NCBI GenBank assembly: GCA_964016885.1
Contig: OZ024765.1
Span: 13,020,001-13,084,000, forward strand
Source of the DNA: Eledone cirrhosa
Lineage: Eukaryota
Length of the DNA stretch: 64,000 nucleotides
Direction: 5' to 3'
Part shown: positions 57,240 through 64,000 of the stretch, piece after piece
Layout: the number at the start of each line of letters is the position of its first letter
Numbering within the stretch: the stretch's first letter is position 1
Position numbers and translations under genes: made by a program
Notes under the pieces: generated by a model
Told to the model about the DNA's origin: nothing
Database searches by the model: none
What the model saw: only the letters and a program-made list of their open reading frames with translations

Positions 57240-57912
57240 TGTCTGTGTATATATTTATGTCTGTATGTGTGTATATATGTATATGTGTATATCTGTATGT
57301 GTATGTCTGTGTATATGTGTATGGCTCTGTATGTGTCTATGTGTATATGAGTATGTCTGTATGTGTCTGTGTATATATGTGTATGTGTGTATATCTGTAT
57401 GTGTGTCTGTGTATGTCTGTGTATATGTGTAAGTCTGTATGTCTATGTGTGTATGTGTAAGTCTGTCTGTGTATGTATATGCGTATGTCTGTGTATATGT
57501 GTAAGTCTGTCTGTGTATGTCTATGTATGTCTGTGTATATGTGTAAGTCTGTAAGTGTCTGTGTGTATGTGTAAGTCTGTATGTGTCTGTGTATGTCTGT
57601 ATATGTATATGCGTATGTCTGTGTATATGTGTAAGTCTGTCTGTGTATGTCTATGTATGTCTGTGTATATGTGTAAGTCTGTAAGTGTCTGTGTATATGT
57701 GTAAGTCTGTATGTGTCTGTGTATGTCTGTATATGCGTATGTCTGTGTATATGTGTAAGTCTGTCTGTGTATGTCTCTGTATATGTGTAAGTCTGTAAGT
57801 GTCTGTGTATATGTGTAAGTCTGTATGTGTCTGTATATGTATATGCGTATGTCTGTGTATATGTGTAAGTCTGTATGTCTGTCTGTGTATGTCTATGTGT
57901 GTATGTCTATGT
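57240..57912. repeat. Degenerate TG/TCTG/TAAG low-complexity repeat
   Basis: Seen directly. Confidence 0.9.
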
Positions 57913-58335
57913 TTATAAATGGCTAATCTGACTGGTTTCCACAATGTACTTAGTATCAAACTACACACTGGGGTGTCGATTGAAACCTCTTACCAAACAA
58001 GTTCTATTCCGTTATGATGGTGATGACAATAACAATGATTATTGATTAAATCGACCCTAGTACATTACTGGTACATCATTTTATGAACCCCCATAAGAAT
58101 GAATGACAAAGCTAACCTCAGCAGGATTTGAACTCAGAACGTAAAAGGCCATAACTCTATGCTTCCAAGCATATTGTCTGATGCTCTACTTCTACTGATA
58201 CTTCCAATCCACCTGGTTTCTAATTTAGGTGGGGGGGAAAGTCGATTAAATTGACCCCAGTACGTTACTGGTGCTTTATTTTATAGACCCTGTGAGGATC
58301 CCCCCCCCCTTGTGTGGATGTGTGAGTAGAGCACT

Positions 58336-58480
58336 ATCTCTGTAAGACTGATATCCCTCTGTAAGACTGATATCCCTCTGTAAGACTGATATCCCTCTGT
58401 AAGACTGATATCCCTCTGTAAGACTGATATCTCTCTGTAAGACTGATATCCCTCTGTAAGACTGATATCTCTCTGTAAGA
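58336..58480. repeat. 19-bp minisatellite TGTAAGACTGATATCCCTC, about 7.5 units
   Basis: Seen directly. Confidence 0.95.
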
Positions 58481-59114
58481 ATGATATTATGAAGGTACCC
58501 GGGAAAACCCCATATCTCGGGAACCCGTGGTCCGATTTACACAAAACTTGTTTTATTCCATTTGTATTCTCATTTCAGGGTCAACTTCCTTTCAAAGTAT
58601 TTTCCCATCATGCACCCTTTTGGCTGTATTACGTTACAGACCAGCAAGCAATCAACCACAGAGTTTTAGTATTATATAGATGGCAATAATAATAGTTTCT
58701 AATTTTGGCACAAGGCCAGCAATTGATATGAAGAGAAAATCAACTAAGTCAACCTTAGTAGTGCTACCATACTGTAAAGTAAATACTAAGCTAGTGTTTC
58801 TTAAGAAATTTCTGGTTCTTAAACGTCTTGTTTGTTTTGCTAAGTTCCTTTTTTTTTCTGTGTATTTATTACTGTAGTAGTAGCAGTAGTTGTAGTTATA
58901 GTTGTTGTTGTTGTTGTTTTTCTATGTGTCTGGAGATATTCTTAGTTCAGGTTTCCTTTGGTGTTGTTGTTGTTGTTGCTGTTTAGGCTGTTGTTTTGTT
59001 CCCCCCCCCCTCCCCTCTTTACCTATATCTTGTTTTGTTTGTTGAATATGTTTTCATTGTGTAGTCTTACTCACACACACTCACACACATATATATAGCT
59101 CATCTTATAATGAA

Positions 59115-59169
<55 letters not shown>

Positions 59170-59342
59170 ATATATATATAATATATATATAATATATTTA
59201 TATATATACATATATGTATGTATATGTATATTCCGTCACTCCTATGTGGAAAAAGTACGTTGAGTGCTTGAATTGAATTGCATCAATGTTTACCCTAACA
59301 AATATATACATATATATGTATATATATGTATATATATGTATA

Positions 59343-59382
<40 letters not shown>

Positions 59383-59433
59383 TATGTATATATATGTATA
59401 TATATACATATATATACACATACATATACATAT

Positions 59434-59469
<36 letters not shown>

Positions 59470-59614
59470 GATGAGATTCTACAGGACTAGAACTGTTTCA
59501 TTCTTTCGAAATCATCAGGATTCCTGATGATTTCTAAAGAATTGAGTACCTTACTTATTGTGGTTACCTCTGATTCAACCCGGAATAACGTACTATATAT
59601 ATATATATATACAT

Positions 59615-59763
<149 letters not shown>

Positions 59764-59770
59764 TATATAT

Positions 59771-59829
<59 letters not shown>

Positions 59830-59836
59830 TATATAT

Positions 59837-59905
<69 letters not shown>

Positions 59906-60261
59906 TATATATATATATACATATATATACACATATATATATATATATATACATATATATATACATACATATACATATATATATATATATATAAACGATG
60001 ATGATGATGATATATATATATATATATATCCACACACGATACACACATATCTTCTGTGAATAATATCTGTTTCACTTTTAAGAATGCATTTCCTTTGCAT
60101 TAGCCACTTTCTTGGCGCCGAAATTATTATTATTATTATTATTATTATTACAACAATTATATGTGAGTATCTACTGCTCCACCAGGGTGTGTGTCTCCCC
60201 ACTTCATTGTTTTATGTGTAACGAAAAGAAAAATTAAAATAAAATTTACCGCTACTCACTA

Positions 60262-61622
60262 TATAGGTTTAGCTGGCCTCCTACGAGGTTACAAATCATA
60301 CGAGGTTTCTTGGGTGTTTTAATGATAGGGGCCCCAGTCCTAGTATGTTGTAACAATTCCTTCATATGTAGCTTTAGCTGGCCTCCTACAAGGTTACAAA
60401 TCATACGAGGTTTCTTGGGTGTTTTAATGATAGGGGCCCCAGTCCTAGTATGTTGTAACAATTCCTTCATATGTAGCTTTAGCTGGCCTCCTACGAGGTT
60501 ACAAATAATACGAGGTTTCTTGGGTGTTTTAATGATAGGGGCCCCAGTCCTAGTATGTTGTAACAATTCCTTCATATGTAGCTTTAGCTGGCCTCCTACG
60601 AGGTTACAAATCATACGAGGTTTCTTGGGTGTTTTAATGATAGGGGCCCCAGTCCTAGTATGTTGTAACAATTCCTTCATATGTAGGTTTAGCTGGCCTC
60701 CTACGAGGTTACAAATCATACGAGGTTTCTTGGGTGTTTTAATGATAGGGGCCCCAGTCCTAGTATGTTGTAACAATTCCTTCATATGTAGGTTTAGCTG
60801 GCCTCCTACGAGGTTACAAATCATACGAGGTTTCTTGGGGGTTTTAATGATAGGGGCCCCAGTCCTAGTATGTTGTAACAATTCCTTCATATGTAGGTTT
60901 AGCTGGCCTCCTACGAGGTTACAAATCATACGAGGTTTCTTGGGGGTTTTAATGATAGCGGCCCCAGTCCTAGTATGTTGTAACAATTCCTTCATATGTA
61001 GCTTTAGCTGGCCTCCTACAAGGTTACAAATCATACGAGGTTTCTTGGGTGTTTTAATGATAGGGGCCCTAGTCCTATTTTTTTGTAACAATTTCCACCT
61101 ATGTAGGTTTAGCTGGTCTCCTATGATGTTGTATCTCATGAGAGGTTTCTTGGGTGTTTTAATGATAGGGTCTCAGTCATATCATGTTGTTATAGCTGTC
61201 ACCTATGTAGGGTTAGGTGGCCTTCTATGATGTATTTCATGGGAGGTTTCTTGGGTGTTTTTATGATAGGGGCCCCAGTGTTATTTTGTTGTTGTTACAA
61301 TTCCCTCCTGTGTAATTTTAGCTGGCCTCCTTCGAGGTTACATCTCATGAGAGGCTACTTGGGGGTTTTACTGATAGGGACCCCAGTCCTATCATACATA
61401 CACATATGTGTTTTGTTGTCACAACTCTCACCTATGTAGATTTAGCTGACCTTCTATGAGGTTGCATCTCATGGGAGGTTTCTTGGGTGTTTTAATTTTA
61501 GGGACCCCAATATTACCATATTGTTGTTGTTACAGTTCCCACCTATGTAGATTTAGCTGGTCTACTATGAAGGTGTATCCCAAGCAGTTTATACAGTGTT
61601 TTAAAGATAGGGATCCCAGTCT
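60262..61622. repeat. 105-bp satellite: about 7 homogeneous units then about 5-6 progressively diverged units
   Basis: Seen directly; 35-codon periodicity in the ORF track. Confidence 0.95.
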
Positions 61623-61821
61623 TGTCATGAAAAGCAATGTGAAATGTCAAGACATGATGAAGTAGATCAAAACAACGAGGAGACACAGAGGTGTAGGACT
61701 AGTCATTGAAAAGGTCACAGGATGTGTGATAAAAGAGCTTTGACAATTGAAAACTAAACAACCACTCTATTACTAAACTAACTGATGGAGGGATTAGTTA
61801 CTTAACTATTAGTAAACTGAA

Positions 61822-62100
61822 CAAAAAAGCACCCAGCCCACATTGTAAAGTGGTCATGTAGGAGTCATGGCAAAAAGCATCCAGCACACACAGTAAAGTG
61901 GTCATGTAGGCATCATGACAAAAGCACCCAGCACACACAGTAAATGTGGTTGGCATTAGGAAGGGCATCCAGCTGTAGAAAACCAACGAGAAACACTTCT
62001 GTATGAGTAAGACGTAGTCACCTGACCCAACTTACTTCAAATGGGACGACTCGTCTAACCCTTGCTAGCGTGGAAAATTGACATTAAACGATGATGATGA
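61822..62100 (+). mobile_element. RTE/SINE-type 3' tail with about 3 copies of the 48-bp unit
   Basis: aaaagcacccagc.cac..tgtaaagtggtcatgtagg repeats, then the tail. Confidence 0.8.
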
Positions 62101-62865
62101 TCTATATATATATATGTATACATGCAGTTGAACATCGTTCCCACATGAAATATTGAAAGAGACATAGAGTGAAAGACAGATAGATATCACCATAGTAACA
62201 AACTACACTCTAAGCTTGTTGCTGGCTTGTGTGTTCGTTACTCAAGATACCGTTCATGAACCAAGGCATTTTATATTGAAAGTAATTGATCGTGAACAAA
62301 TTTGTTTGTGATGAGAGGCATTCATGAACCAAGGTGCCACTATCATCATCATCATTTTACGTCTGCTTTTCCCTGCTTGCAAGGGTGTGACGGGAACTGA
62401 TTCTGGCTTGATTTCTACAGCTGGATGCCCTTCCTAACACCAATCACGTTTACTGTGTGGACTGGGAGCCTTTTACCGTGTCTCCTACACGACCTCCTTA
62501 CAGTGTGGACTGTTGTTATACTTTGGAGGGGTCATACTGCCAATAAAAACACATGCATCTGTTGGTTTTCACAAATTCAAAAACCATATATATATATATA
62601 TATAGTAATAATAATACATTTGAAGACTAAAATCCAAAGAGGGCTCGATAAGGATAAATATATATCAAATATATAAGAACCGTAGAGCAAATATTTATTA
62701 AAATAACAGATTAAAGTTTAAGCAAAGAATCGCTGCTTTCACCCTTAATGGGATCTTCTGTTATTTTAATAAATATATATATATATATAAATATATATAT
62801 ACATATATATATACATATATATACATATATATATACATATATATATATACATATCTCTCTCTCTA

Positions 62866-62897
<32 letters not shown>

Positions 62898-62899
62898 CG

Positions 62900-62965
<66 letters not shown>

Positions 62966-63087
62966 ATAAGTTACAGAACATCCCATAATAGGGTAAAAGT
63001 AGCAATTCTTAAACTTTCATCTGTACTAATTATAAATATTTGCTCTACGGGTTTATATATACTTTCTCATTATATATATATATATAT

Positions 63088-63263
63088 AACGAAGGAAATG
63101 TGGTAAAGAACCAGATGGACCATAACGCACCAAAGTACTCAATACTTAGGGTAGTAGAGTGGGTAATAGGAACGAGTAGGACCCCGACGGCAGAGCTCAA
63201 GCCGTTTCGACGGCTAATTCTGGATAGAGTCCAGAATTAGCCGTTGAAACGGCTTGAGCTCAG
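63088..63263 (-). mobile_element. GAGCTC-family fold-back element
   Basis: gagctcaagccgtttcgacggctaattctgga tagag tccagaattagccgttgaaacggcttgagctc. Confidence 0.75.
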
Positions 63264-63366
63264 TTCCTAATGCAATGAAATATCTATGATCGTCGGCAAA
63301 TCACTGATGAGGGACTTATTTTATTACATGTTATCCATGTGCAACCTGCAGTATTCTTCTCCCCAT

Positions 63367-63404
<38 letters not shown>

Positions 63405-63450
63405 TATTGAGTCCTCTTCGGATTTTGGTCCTCATATTTAATATTAGTAT

Positions 63451-63518
<68 letters not shown>

Positions 63519-63570
63519 GAAGAAATCTATGTTGGAAGAGAGCCTATTTAGTACAACCAAAGTTTCATAC

Positions 63571-63730
63571 ATGTGACCATTGGTTTTGGGGTCCCATCAT
63601 GGCTACCACTCTATATTGGAGGAGGCACTTTTAAACCGGCCCTTCATTCAGGCACGTGGACAAAAAATATTTTTGTTCAAGGGCCTGAATGAAGGGCCAT
63701 AACTAGACCCAGGAACCAATGGTAGCACAT
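63571..63730. other. Long imperfect hairpin in a TA-flanked insert
   Basis: ggcccttcattcaggc (63638-63653) pairs with gcctgaatgaagggcc (63683-63698); outer atgtg.accattggtt pairs with aaccaatggt.gcacat. Confidence 0.7.
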
Positions 63731-64000
63731 ACATGTTAAGTACATGAAACATTGTTTATACTATACATATATATATATAGCGGCGATGAATTAGTTTAGC
63801 GAGGTTATTTTTGACCGTCGGTCAGTCAATGGCAACATTGAGGACCGAGTGTAAGTTAGATCGCAGATATAAAAGACAGCGAGAAGCGAAAACCAACCAA
63901 ACAGTGAGTGTGTTCTGTTATTAATTCTGGCAATATTACGCAAATATGACCCTCCCCAAGTATTTTGTTTTCTTTAATTTTTTCTTTCTATCTTGTCTTT

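Noticed and set aside
63276-63316. Permuted hammerhead (GAAA..tgat..atca CTGATGA)
   Set aside because: Stem II cannot be formed adjacent to the core; probably chance or decayed.

Overview
Eukaryotic, gene-poor, very AT- and microsatellite-rich DNA. The SINE, LINE and microsatellite makeup suggests a coleoid cephalopod such as Octopus (inference). I can support no host protein-coding exon; almost all listed ORFs are read-through of simple repeats. Real content: (1) a 5'-truncated RTE-clade LINE with an uninterrupted 570-aa RT frame carrying a C4HC3 PHD-type finger inside the RT core, plus many shorter copies; (2) two tRNA-headed SINE families, one CORE-like sharing the RTE 3' tail and one with a MetaSINE-like core; (3) a TTAA/piggyBac-type MITE family, a hAT MITE, a DD37D (maT) transposase remnant, and CR1, Expander/Rex3, CRE-like and Penelope-like ORF remnants; (4) many minisatellites, several born from TE sequence. 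The main hidden signal is a set of unrelated short elements in or beside (TA)n tracts. They carry minimal type I hammerhead ribozyme motifs (CTGANGA...GAAA, palindromic stem-III loop), form fold-back palindromes and often share a TATTGAGTAC motif near the 3' end, consistent with a diverse population of Penelope-like pLTR/retrozyme elements. Folds were worked out by eye and most repeat boundaries are approximate.
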